The position numbers and the translations under genes were made by a program. The notes below the pieces were generated by a model, which searched no databases, had not been told where the DNA came from, and saw only the letters and a list, made by a program, of their open reading frames with translations. A stretch of 64,000 bases of DNA from positions 186,001-250,000 of the IMG/VR virus record IMGVR_UViG_3300048121_001678; one strand, written 5' to 3'. Shown here one piece after another: positions 48,463 through 57,617 of the stretch; the first letter of the stretch is position 1, and the number at the start of each line of letters is the position of its first letter.

Positions 48463-48852
48463 GGGGGTGAATGGAATTGATTGGCAGGGTCAGTTGCACG
48501 GGGCACGTAGTGAGATGTTATCTATCACTTTAATCTATGATGGCAATTTTGTAATCGGCGAAACTTTCGCAAAACTTCAGGCAGTAGGTCTCCTACGTAC
48601 TGAAGAAGTAGCTGTAGCGTAAGACGTTAACAGTGAATCGGGTCGGTCAGGACATGTACCTATGAACAGAAGTCCGTTGTTGTGGTGGAAAAACGATTAA
48701 ACCCTAAATTGAGTCGTACATCTATTGGTGATAGAGGATGTAAAAATTCAATCACATATTTCGGAACATTGTGAACTAATGTTGACCTAAACGTGTAGTC
48801 CTTTGTAGGTGGACTGAACAAGACGCGGGTTCGAATCCCGCCACCTCCACCA
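48463..48852 (+). ncRNA. ssrA: tmRNA
   Basis: 5' GGGGGTG pairs with CACCTCC-ACCA 3' (G3.U wobble); T-arm GCGGGTTCGAATCCCGC; internal tag ORF 48557-48622. Confidence 0.93.
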
Positions 48853-48859
48853 AAGCTAA

Positions 48860-48894
48860 GGTCCAATAGAGTTTATCTATTGGACTTTTTTTTT
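48860..48894 (+). terminator. terminator after tmRNA
   Basis: GTCCAATAGA-GTTTA-TCTATTGGAC followed by a T run. Confidence 0.8.
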
Positions 48895-48925
48895 ATAAAC
48901 TATATGTTATTACAAAACAAAACTT

Positions 48926-49183
48926 ATGAAATTACCTATAATTAAAAAGATTGTAGAATCAGGTGAATTTGATGAGGATTACTTAGATGAGACAATTGAA
49001 GTTCTTCTTTGTATTTCAGAATCAAGAGGACTTAAAGATGAGGAAATGGATGTCATCGGTGAACTTATCTCAAATATCTCAGGAGCCCAAGAGGTGATGA
49101 AAGATATAAAAGACGGTACATCACAACGTGATGCACTGAACGGTTTCATGAAACGAGTTACTAATAGTGTAACGTTTAATTAA
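48926..49183 (+). CDS. Bacteroidota conserved protein (DUF6952-like)
   Basis: MKLPIIK...DED..ETIE.L...LKDEEMDVIGELISN..GA.EV...ALNGFMKRV. Confidence 0.6.
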   Translation: MKLPIIKKIVESGEFDEDYLDETIEVLLCISESRGLKDEEMDVIGELISNISGAQEVMKDIKDGTSQRDALNGFMKRVTNSVTFN

Positions 49184-49440
49184 ATCTTTAACCATGTGTA
49201 TCCACCAATACCATCGTCAAGTAATTTATAGGCGTCACCAGTATAGTCATCAGGTATCACCGCCGATTCTAAACCGGTAAGATTTACTAATTCAAAACCA
49301 TCGGAGGTTCCCCATCCTTCTTGTGAACCTGAGAATTCATTTGCGGACACTGATATTAATTCTGTTTCGGTGATACTAATAACACCTGTAGTGGTCACAA
49401 ATCTCACAACTTTTGATGTTGAATTTCTACAAACGTACAT
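49180..49440 (-). CDS. hypothetical late protein
   Basis: TATTTAT at 49470-49476; IPDDYTGDAYK.L.DG..W resembles small tail-accessory proteins. Confidence 0.55.
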   Translation of the reverse strand: MYVCRNSTSKVVRFVTTTGVISITETELISVSANEFSGSQEGWGTSDGFELVNLTGLESAVIPDDYTGDAYKLLDDGIGGYTWLKI

Positions 49441-49580
49441 AATTTATATTTTTTTGTTTTTATTTAACAATAAATAGATATTACTCTTGATTATTCCAAT
49501 AATAATGTTGTGGGTTTATAAAATTTGCAGTATATTTGTATTGTTAATAAGGACATAAACCACGAAAAAAAAGAAAAAAC

Positions 49581-50330
49581 ATGACAGTAACAGGAATCAA
49601 CATCACAGAAAAAGTAAGAGACTACAAAGGAAACAATTCATTCATCAAGAACCTGAAGCCAGGTCTTTCAAAGTACGGGAGACTAACTCCTAAGCAATTC
49701 GCAGCTGCTGAGAAAATCATCTTAAACGAAGTACGTAGTTCTGAAGTGAAGGTTGAGGACCTACCACAATCTATTCAAGATATCGTAAACTACGGTGGTG
49801 AGTTGAAGTTCGTAAAAGACATTCAGTCTAAATATAACAAATATCGTCGTCTTACTGAGAAGCAAGTATCTGCAGCGACTAAAGCAATCAGCCGTGAAAA
49901 AGCTAAAAAGTCACAGAAAGAAATCAATGTTGACATCGTTGGTAACACTATCAAACTTGGACGTAACATCGCTTTGGATATCAAAGACACATACAACTTA
50001 GAGTTCCAACCAATCTTAGTTGACGTTACTAAAGTCATGACAGTATCTGAAAAGGCAGTGAAGATAGAGGCTAAACTAACAAAAGAAAACGGTGGTATCT
50101 GTCGTTGTTGTGGTAGAACACTTACTGATGATATGTCTAAAATGACAGGTATCGGTCCTGTATGTTCACGTAACGTGGGGGTTAAACACCCGACATCTCG
50201 AGAAGACCTACCTAAGTACCAACAGATGATTTCTGACAAAATCGACGAAATAGGAACATTTGAGTTCTGGATTCCAAAAAGAGGAATCGTCGAGTGGAAC
50301 GGTCACGGAGCAGTATTATTAAAGCTCTAA
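49581..50330 (+). CDS. DUF6011-like Zn-finger protein
   Basis: CRCCGRTLTD..S...GIGPVC; duplicated F...I...Y..LT.KQ motif; TATATTTG at 49531. Confidence 0.7.
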   Translation: MTVTGINITEKVRDYKGNNSFIKNLKPGLSKYGRLTPKQFAAAEKIILNEVRSSEVKVEDLPQSIQDIVNYGGELKFVKDIQSKYNKYRRLTEKQVSAATKAISREKAKKSQKEINVDIVGNTIKLGRNIALDIKDTYNLEFQPILVDVTKVMTVSEKAVKIEAKLTKENGGICRCCGRTLTDDMSKMTGIGPVCSRNVGVKHPTSREDLPKYQQMISDKIDEIGTFEFWIPKRGIVEWNGHGAVLLKL

Positions 50331-50337
50331 TATTAAC

Positions 50338-50365
50338 GGAGGGGGAAACCCCTCCTTTTTTTTTT
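50338..50365 (+). terminator. intrinsic terminator
   Basis: GGAGGGG-GAAA-CCCCTCC followed by a T run. Confidence 0.85.
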
Positions 50366-50444
50366 ATTGTTTTTTTAATAGATGGGCCGAGTTAACCTAC
50401 TAAGGTACTATTAAAAATTTTAAATTCCTAATAAAATTTTACTT

Positions 50445-51209
50445 TTATAACCCCTTATCTCTTTTAATGTCATCATCGGTTGGTTCGGTTAATGAGTTAC
50501 CCAAATCCTGAAATCTAGACTGACCTGTATAATCAATTTTAGTTGCAATTGCAGAAATATTAGAAATAAACATCTCTCTTATATCTGAACGGGGGTGAGA
50601 GGAAATTACTGATGATAAAAATTCATCACTAACAATTACATTCTTTTTAAGTTTTGGTAAGTGCTGTTCAACTAATTTTTCAATACCGGCTCTTTTAATA
50701 ATGTAAGTATGTGTGTTATAAAATGCAGATGGTCTAATAAAGTGTTTCTTACCAATCCTTTTACTATCAATTAGTTTTTTAAAAATTCTGTGTAATGAAT
50801 TGTGTGACATTAAGCAAAGGTCCCATTCGTAGTCATCCATTTCGTCGAATATTGACCAATCTATTGGTATACGAGGGATAAAATCATCTTCTAAAATCAT
50901 AATAGTATTGTAACCATTCTTATGAGCGTCCTCCCAACACCGAGTATGTGAAATCATTCCACCCGCTTCACCATATGTTGTCGGTCTATTCCAAAAATCA
51001 TACTTAATTTTACTCTCAGGTAGTTCCCATCCTTTATACAGGGTATATTCATCACCTTCCTCTTTAATTAACCTTTTTCCCACATAACCCTCAAACACTT
51101 CAACATCACAACCAAATGGTAATGGTAACATCTCAGCTCTCTGAAGTAACTCCTCAATATATTCTTTTCTGTGGTCAATAGAAATAATGTAGACTTTATC
51201 GATATACAT
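50445..51209 (-). CDS. GT25-family glycosyltransferase
   Basis: VYIISI..R, GEAGGMISH..W, MILEDDF, THTYII. Confidence 0.8.
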   Translation of the reverse strand: MYIDKVYIISIDHRKEYIEELLQRAEMLPLPFGCDVEVFEGYVGKRLIKEEGDEYTLYKGWELPESKIKYDFWNRPTTYGEAGGMISHTRCWEDAHKNGYNTIMILEDDFIPRIPIDWSIFDEMDDYEWDLCLMSHNSLHRIFKKLIDSKRIGKKHFIRPSAFYNTHTYIIKRAGIEKLVEQHLPKLKKNVIVSDEFLSSVISSHPRSDIREMFISNISAIATKIDYTGQSRFQDLGNSLTEPTDDDIKRDKGL

Positions 51210-51297
51210 AAATTACTTTTTTAATTAAAAATAGTATTTGTTATAAAATAATAAACCCACCTAAGAGGTGGGTTCACTATGTGTCGTATTTAGTGTC

Positions 51298-52179
51298 TTA
51301 TAAGGACATTAACATGTCCAATAACTCTTGTTGTGGGAACATATCCACTTTATCTTTACGGGTGTTTGTGTGTGTCCACAAACCTTTAACCTTACCGTAG
51401 TATGCGTCCTCATTCCATTCGAATGCATCTGCACCTTTATCTTTAATCAATGATGGTAATCCTGCTCTAATATCAATACCGTCTCTATCACCAATCCATA
51501 ATATCCACTTTCTTAACGCTTCAATTTGTTCGTCAGAATAACGATGCCACGTTTTGTGACCTCTAAATTCTTTATCAAGTGTAACTATTTGTGACTCAGC
51601 AACAGATGTTCCAGCATATGTTTTACCATTCTTAATCCATCCAAAGTTACAAACCTCAATGGCAACTGAGTTAACGTGCATCTTTTGTGAACCATTTTTA
51701 CCTAAGTGCCAACCGTAATTACCTTCAGGGAAAGCTTGTACCATTACACCGTCATATGTGTCATCATTACCCTTTACTGATTGACCACCCAGTACAAATT
51801 CCGTGGCAACTGCACCTCTACTGTCTCTACCCCACGAATCAATACATTTATAAGGATTATTCCAACCTGCAGTGTGGTGTAAAAATAACCATTCAGGTTT
51901 AATTGGACCTTCTTTATATTCACCCTTAGGTAAAAAATGTTGGTTTATCATCAAACCATTATCAGTGGTATAAGACTGTTCAGAATTATCTGTAGTTGCT
52001 AGACCCATTGCGTCCCAAGTTTTTGGACCTACTATCCCGTCAGAAACCAAACCATTATCCATTTGCCATTTTTTAACAGTTAACTCTGTACCTTTACCAA
52101 AAATACCATCGGTAGTTATATTGAAGAATTCTTGTAGAGTTTTCACTTCTTTACCTCTTGAACCTATTTTTAAAATCAT
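51298..52179 (-). CDS. endolysin: PG-binding domain plus amidase_2
   Basis: GSRGKEVK.LQ...DGIFGKGT...DGIVGPKTW; LHHTAG, IEVCN, WTH...DK.D. Confidence 0.85.
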   Translation of the reverse strand: MILKIGSRGKEVKTLQEFFNITTDGIFGKGTELTVKKWQMDNGLVSDGIVGPKTWDAMGLATTDNSEQSYTTDNGLMINQHFLPKGEYKEGPIKPEWLFLHHTAGWNNPYKCIDSWGRDSRGAVATEFVLGGQSVKGNDDTYDGVMVQAFPEGNYGWHLGKNGSQKMHVNSVAIEVCNFGWIKNGKTYAGTSVAESQIVTLDKEFRGHKTWHRYSDEQIEALRKWILWIGDRDGIDIRAGLPSLIKDKGADAFEWNEDAYYGKVKGLWTHTNTRKDKVDMFPQQELLDMLMSL

Positions 52180-52271
52180 ATTATATTATTTAAAAGTTTA
52201 TTTACCATAAATATATCTTTGATTATGAAATTTATTATCTTTACCGTTATATGGTTATCAAATTAAATTAA

Positions 52272-52763
52272 ATGAATGTAGTATTAGTCCTAAACTCAGA
52301 CTTTACACCACACAACGTAACAACATTACGAAGAGGTTTTGTATTAGTGGAAAAAGGTAAAGCTGAGATATTGAAAAAAGGTGATGATATAATAACAACA
52401 TCAGGTAACTTTGTTAGACCCTTAGTTATTCGATTAGTTAATTATGTTAGATATCGAGCAAGGAACTTAGGTGTGAACCGTAAACGACTATTTAAAAGAG
52501 ATAGATACCAATGTGGTTATTGTGGTTCTAAAAATAATTTAACAATCGACCATATAATTCCTAAATCCAGAGGGGGGTTAAATACTTGGGATAATTTGGT
52601 GACATCATGTTTTAGATGTAATAGTATTAAGGATAATAAAACACCTTCAGAAGCGGGAATGAGATTAAGGATTAAACCTTATACACCCACATTATTCTCA
52701 CGTGTTATCGACGATACTGTTGAGTCAATATGGGAATCATTTAAAAAAGAAGTGTTTAAATAA
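52272..52763 (+). CDS. HNH endonuclease (McrA-like)
   Basis: RD.YQCGYCG..LTIDHIIPKSRGG...W.NLVTSC..CN..K. Confidence 0.9.
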   Translation: MNVVLVLNSDFTPHNVTTLRRGFVLVEKGKAEILKKGDDIITTSGNFVRPLVIRLVNYVRYRARNLGVNRKRLFKRDRYQCGYCGSKNNLTIDHIIPKSRGGLNTWDNLVTSCFRCNSIKDNKTPSEAGMRLRIKPYTPTLFSRVIDDTVESIWESFKKEVFK

Positions 52764-52788
52764 AAAAAGGTGTTCTCACGAACACCTT
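52762..52788. terminator. terminator of the minus-strand late operon
   Basis: A7-GGTGTTC-TCAC-GAACACC. Confidence 0.75.
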
Positions 52789-52823
52789 CCTTAGATAAAC
52801 TCACCTCCTTTCCTTTGGTTTGT

Positions 52824-53411
52824 TTATGATACGATATTATCTCTAATATCCATCATCTTTCGTTCCATGTTTGAGTTTATATCTCCCATTAAAGGACTCA
52901 ACATGTCTACAAACATATCTTCTAATTCTTTTTCATTATTTGGGTCTTGAGCCAACTTAGCAACTTTACTTTTCATAAATTCAGGTAATGTTTCTAAATA
53001 ACCAAGTGAGAAATCTTCACTATAAACTTTAGCTAGTTTCGATGCTAAAAATCTTGGTTCAGTAAACAACTTAGTTACATCGTCAACATCAGTTTCACCA
53101 ATCGCCTTCTCAATTACCTTTTGTTCAAAATCACCAATATTTAATTTACTCATTAAAAACTCACTCAACTTACTCTTCACTGTTTCCATAAATTGTGGTC
53201 CGTCATCTTGAAACATTTGATTCAAAACTGAAATAAGATTTTCATTAATAAGTTTAGTGTCGAACTTCTGAGTTCTCATATATTTTATTTCAGACACCAA
53301 TTTAGGGAATGTCTTAGTATTACTTAATCTTCTATTAATAATTGAAGACTCGGTAATTCTCTTTTCTCTTTTTTCTTCTATTTCTAAAAGATGTTTTTTA
53401 AGGTTTTTCAT
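52824..53411 (-). CDS. hypothetical late protein
   Basis: Helical; contains HLLE/RITE/LINE motifs. Confidence 0.7.
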   Translation of the reverse strand: MKNLKKHLLEIEEKREKRITESSIINRRLSNTKTFPKLVSEIKYMRTQKFDTKLINENLISVLNQMFQDDGPQFMETVKSKLSEFLMSKLNIGDFEQKVIEKAIGETDVDDVTKLFTEPRFLASKLAKVYSEDFSLGYLETLPEFMKSKVAKLAQDPNNEKELEDMFVDMLSPLMGDINSNMERKMMDIRDNIVS

Positions 53412-53412
53412 A

Positions 53413-54804
53413 TTATTTTTTTAACGATATTACGTCATTATCAGTACCAACGGTTTGATTATTATAGTTAATCATAAATAGTCCTGAATTAGGGTCTTGT
53501 GCCCATTTATTACTACCTATCTCATTTAACTTATCACCTATCTTTGAGAAATCTAATCTTCCTCCGAAATCGTGTTGTCTTCTACATCTATATACTTGTT
53601 TAGCAGCACTTCTTCTTTCTTCGTCAGACATATCGAAATCACCTATTTTACCGATTTCATAATATTGCTCAATCATTTCTTTACATTGTTTTTTAGTAAT
53701 TGATTGTAACTCAGATAGTTCTTTAATTGATTTAGTTCTATTACCAACACTAATACCGTCTCTCTTTAGTTTATACATTTTAAACTCTTTAAATGGTTCA
53801 AAATCTTCTGAATATTTTGACTTAACATCCATCTCCTGATACATATCAGGGTTAATAGGTCTTAATACCGCATAACCCTCATTGTTCAAACTTTTAATTA
53901 TTCTTTTTTGACGGGCAGTAAAATGCTTACTAACTAAATCAGTTACTGAGTCGATACCCTCGGATGATGCCTTTTTATAGATGTCATTTAATAATTTATT
54001 ATTTTCCACACCTAACTCTTCCTCAGGTCTCTTTTCATCTGTCTTAACAGCCGGTTTATCATCTGTCTTAATAGATGTCTTAATAGAGTCTTTATCAGGA
54101 CCACTTACGGGTTCACTGACATTTGGTAATCTATTATAACTAACTACCGCGTTATTCTTACCACCTGGACCACCAACTAGTTTAAAGCCCCCACTATTAT
54201 CATATTGTATATATACTTGTTCAGGTTTTGTTGAGTAACCCTGTTCTAATAGTACTTTTTCCAAACCTTTAGCCTCAACAATATCGTATGATAACTTATA
54301 AACGTTATCAGGGGTATATTCCACATAAAACGGATATATTCCCCTATCCCTAACCATATAATCAATTAAATAATTAATAAATGTATCATCTACCTTTGAC
54401 ATATCAAGGTCCTTTAATTCATCACCTAATTCTCTTTTTAAACGACCTAATGTTCTTGATTTTACAATTTCACGGTCAGTATCTTTAAGTTTATTTAAAA
54501 GATTATTTTTTTCCCTATCAAAAACACCAAAAATATCAAACATCTCAGACATTCTCTGTGAAAGCTTAACCTCTTTTGAGTCGTCAGGTGTAGGTGTTGG
54601 AGTTCTTGTTGGTGTAGGTGTTGATGGGTCAGGTGTTTGCTGAGGGTCAACTTCTTTTGCTTTATACATTTGGAATCCATTGACAGTGATAATATCGTGA
54701 GTGGTTGATGAATAATTATTAGGCCTCTCTAAAGACCATCCATCAGACTCTGCAGACGTAACGCTATTATACTGTTGTTCTAAAATTATACTTAATCCTT
54801 TCAT
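53413..54804 (-). CDS. hypothetical late protein with Pro/Thr linker
   Basis: IILEQ leader, TPTPTRTPTPTP, internal VLLEQ. Confidence 0.7.
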   Translation of the reverse strand: MKGLSIILEQQYNSVTSAESDGWSLERPNNYSSTTHDIITVNGFQMYKAKEVDPQQTPDPSTPTPTRTPTPTPDDSKEVKLSQRMSEMFDIFGVFDREKNNLLNKLKDTDREIVKSRTLGRLKRELGDELKDLDMSKVDDTFINYLIDYMVRDRGIYPFYVEYTPDNVYKLSYDIVEAKGLEKVLLEQGYSTKPEQVYIQYDNSGGFKLVGGPGGKNNAVVSYNRLPNVSEPVSGPDKDSIKTSIKTDDKPAVKTDEKRPEEELGVENNKLLNDIYKKASSEGIDSVTDLVSKHFTARQKRIIKSLNNEGYAVLRPINPDMYQEMDVKSKYSEDFEPFKEFKMYKLKRDGISVGNRTKSIKELSELQSITKKQCKEMIEQYYEIGKIGDFDMSDEERRSAAKQVYRCRRQHDFGGRLDFSKIGDKLNEIGSNKWAQDPNSGLFMINYNNQTVGTDNDVISLKK

Positions 54805-54811
54805 ATTATAC

Positions 54812-55981
54812 CTATTGTTCTTTTGATGTTATTTTTCCTTTTTCCAAAGTTACACTATAATCCTGTGGTCCTCTAACTTGGGCATTTTTACCATCCTGAC
54901 TTATGTAAATTTTAAACTCATTATTAAATGTAGGTTCATCAATAGGATACATATTTATCAGATGTTCTCTCACATTTGATTGTGTCAATTCACCAATTTC
55001 TCCTGTTGCGTTTGAAAACATATCTTTAATCCATGCAATATCACCCCAATTATTGAACCTTGCCAATGTTGAATACCATAATAACGCACCCAGAGAAGGT
55101 CCAAGACTAAATCCACTAATAACGGTGAGTAGTTTTTTCCACATGGGTAGTTTTGACCACCATGATGGATTGATTTCATTAACTCTTTTAAGTTCGGTCA
55201 ATATATCTGGGTCAATTCTTCTAGAAGAAGAAATTGCGTCTGACATTAATTTATTATATTCAGTATCTGAAATATCTTTTAGGAATGAACCTTTTTTTCT
55301 CGCATTTTTGATGAATTCTTTGAACGCTTTTTCATTTCTTGCAACCATTTCTTTTGTTGTTTTAGAAACAGCATCAGTAGGTATATTATCAACAACACTT
55401 GCACTCTTCAATAGGTCATCGACCGCATTATCTAAATTAGAAATAACGTTTTTATTTATAAAGTCACTATATTTTGAATCAAATTCAGACTTGAAGTCCC
55501 TAACTAATTTTGACTTAATTTCATCAGCACCTTCTAAGTATGGTAATTCATCTAATTTATCTGAATAATATTTTATAATCTTATTACGTTGGTCCATAGT
55601 GATTTGACCCATGCTATCAACTTTTGCAAATATTTTTGAACCAATCTCATCGAAATTAGAACCAAAAAACTTACCTGATTTCATAAACTTAACTAAGTCA
55701 TCCACATTATCAATTGTTGATTTTGATAATATTTCTAATACATCGTCAGAAAGGTTATCAATTCCATCTGTATCAATTCTTCTGATGACATCATCTATTT
55801 GATTATCTGTTAAGTTGAATAACTTAGTTAATGGGTCCAACAAATCATCTGATGTTTTTAGTACTTTCTTTACTAAAGGTTTTGGTAACGGTATTGGTTG
55901 TTCAACTAATAATTTACTCGATAAACCCATAATTTCATGGATTCGATTAATATCTTCATTAATTATTTTTTTATTTTTCAT
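54812..55981 (-). CDS. hypothetical late protein with C-terminal hydrophobic segment
   Basis: IINEDINRIHEIMG leader; LLTVISGFSLGPSLGALLW. Confidence 0.7.
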   Translation of the reverse strand: MKNKKIINEDINRIHEIMGLSSKLLVEQPIPLPKPLVKKVLKTSDDLLDPLTKLFNLTDNQIDDVIRRIDTDGIDNLSDDVLEILSKSTIDNVDDLVKFMKSGKFFGSNFDEIGSKIFAKVDSMGQITMDQRNKIIKYYSDKLDELPYLEGADEIKSKLVRDFKSEFDSKYSDFINKNVISNLDNAVDDLLKSASVVDNIPTDAVSKTTKEMVARNEKAFKEFIKNARKKGSFLKDISDTEYNKLMSDAISSSRRIDPDILTELKRVNEINPSWWSKLPMWKKLLTVISGFSLGPSLGALLWYSTLARFNNWGDIAWIKDMFSNATGEIGELTQSNVREHLINMYPIDEPTFNNEFKIYISQDGKNAQVRGPQDYSVTLEKGKITSKEQ

Positions 55982-56028
55982 ATAATTTCTTTAATTACTA
56001 ATAATAAATAGTTTTATTTATTATAAAT

Positions 56029-57270
56029 TTATAAGTTTGCTAGTTCACTATCCATATTACTTAATACTTTATTAATATATTCAACTTTTTCTTCGTCCGT
56101 GGTTTCAATCACCTTTCCAATCGAAATTTGTACACTTTCCTTAATTTCTGTTGATTCATTAACCATTTGAGATAATAAATCTTTTTGAAACTTTTCTTTT
56201 TCTTTTTCAGATAGTTTAACGTATTCTTCAGGTAACTCAACTCTTCTGTAATCCAATCCTTTAATTTCGACACCTAAAATTTTACCAATTTGCATAAAAG
56301 TGAGGAGTCCACCTCCTAACGCAGCTACTCTCCAAGTTGCTCTCCATGGGAGTAGACCAACTTTAGTAAAATATAATAACGCACCTATTAATTTCTTACC
56401 CGTATATTTTGACAAAGATTTTGAAATTAAACTACTTAGTTTCGAATATGCTTGGACATTTTTACCTATCCAATCAGCATTCTTTTCAAGTTCCATACTA
56501 AGCTTTCTTTCCATTGGTGATAAATCTAAACCCTTTGATACTTTATTTAAAAAGGTTTTAAGTGCACCAGATGTGAACTTTTTTACAAAAGGAATTTTAT
56601 TCAATAACATACCACCAGGTATAACTGCAAACGCAGCACCAATACCTGCCGATTCATAATCCTTCTCTTTAACATATAATGCGATATCCGCAGCTTCTAA
56701 AACACCGGCAATAGCAAGACCACCGATTCCACCTGTTGCCACAGTAACGATAAGTGCACCTATAGGTAATACCCAATGCCAAAAATCTTCAGGTAATGGA
56801 GGTGATGTTTGACGCTCTTCCCAATCTTCTAAATCTGATTTATAAACCTTCATTAATAGACCCTTACCTTTAATACCTTTACAAGATGTCCTATATTGGG
56901 AACAACTACATATTTTATTATCCTTACAAAGTCTTTTTAATCGTGGAGATGTGTACGTTACAAAGTAATCTAATTTATTCATCATCACCTTCTTGTCATA
57001 TGATGACATATTTGATGAGTATACAATGTCTTGGTGAGATGGAGGACTAGGTTTATTTTTACCTGTGTAGTTTAACATTAATCCAGGTGGTATTGACTTT
57101 CCATCAGGCATCAAACCTAAATACTGAGGGTCAACTCTAGTGTTATCTGACTGCATAGTCCTATCAGGAATATTAAACTGCTGTTCCTGAATATTCTCAT
57201 TAAGGGTTTTAGACGAATCGTAATTCATCTTTAATAATATATCTTTTAATATTTGTTCATTATCTACCAT
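56029..57270 (-). CDS. hypothetical late membrane-inserting protein
   Basis: G/A-rich hydrophobic hairpin WVLPIGALIVTVATGGIGGLAIAG...AGIGAAFAVIPGG. Confidence 0.65.
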   Translation of the reverse strand: MVDNEQILKDILLKMNYDSSKTLNENIQEQQFNIPDRTMQSDNTRVDPQYLGLMPDGKSIPPGLMLNYTGKNKPSPPSHQDIVYSSNMSSYDKKVMMNKLDYFVTYTSPRLKRLCKDNKICSCSQYRTSCKGIKGKGLLMKVYKSDLEDWEERQTSPPLPEDFWHWVLPIGALIVTVATGGIGGLAIAGVLEAADIALYVKEKDYESAGIGAAFAVIPGGMLLNKIPFVKKFTSGALKTFLNKVSKGLDLSPMERKLSMELEKNADWIGKNVQAYSKLSSLISKSLSKYTGKKLIGALLYFTKVGLLPWRATWRVAALGGGLLTFMQIGKILGVEIKGLDYRRVELPEEYVKLSEKEKEKFQKDLLSQMVNESTEIKESVQISIGKVIETTDEEKVEYINKVLSNMDSELANL

Positions 57271-57557
57271 AATGGGTTTCCTTTGCCTCTATTTATTCCT
57301 GAGTCCCATTTAGACGTACCGTCAATTGGATTGGCTTTACCTCTTGTTAATCCTGTTTCCCATGTTGTCATTGATGGTCCTGATGGTGCTGGTTCTCCAT
57401 CATCTTGCTCATCAATTTCACCTTCAGTTTCATCATCAGGATAACAATCACATCCATCGTCATAACCTTCAGGACCTTTATACATTGGACTATTAGGTTC
57501 TTCATCGATACCCATGACTTCCTTAATACGTGAAATATCTTCTTTTAATAACCCCAT
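57264..57557 (-). CDS. small late protein with W..G..RGK.NP repeat
   Basis: WETGLTRGKANPI and WDSGINRGKGNPL; LLKEDISRIKEVMG leader. Confidence 0.7.
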   Translation of the reverse strand: MGLLKEDISRIKEVMGIDEEPNSPMYKGPEGYDDGCDCYPDDETEGEIDEQDDGEPAPSGPSMTTWETGLTRGKANPIDGTSKWDSGINRGKGNPLW

Positions 57558-57617
57558 TAGGAAACATTTCTATATAAATAGTTAGTTTTATTAAAAAATA
57601 GTTTGTATATTCGTTTT

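Noticed and set aside
48660-48866. 68-aa minus-strand ORF, and a possible tRNA at 48820-48852
   Set aside because: Antisense to the tmRNA; the T-arm and CCA belong to the tmRNA tRNA-like domain, not a separate tRNA
52272-52763. HNH gene as a mobile homing element
   Set aside because: It resembles the stand-alone McrA-like HNH family, has its own promoter-like region and interrupts no gene; mobility is not supported
52791-52823. Stop-codon readthrough extension (TNQRKGGEFI) of the 52824-53411 gene
   Set aside because: A 10-codon open stretch after TAA is expected by chance, and there is no recoding signal
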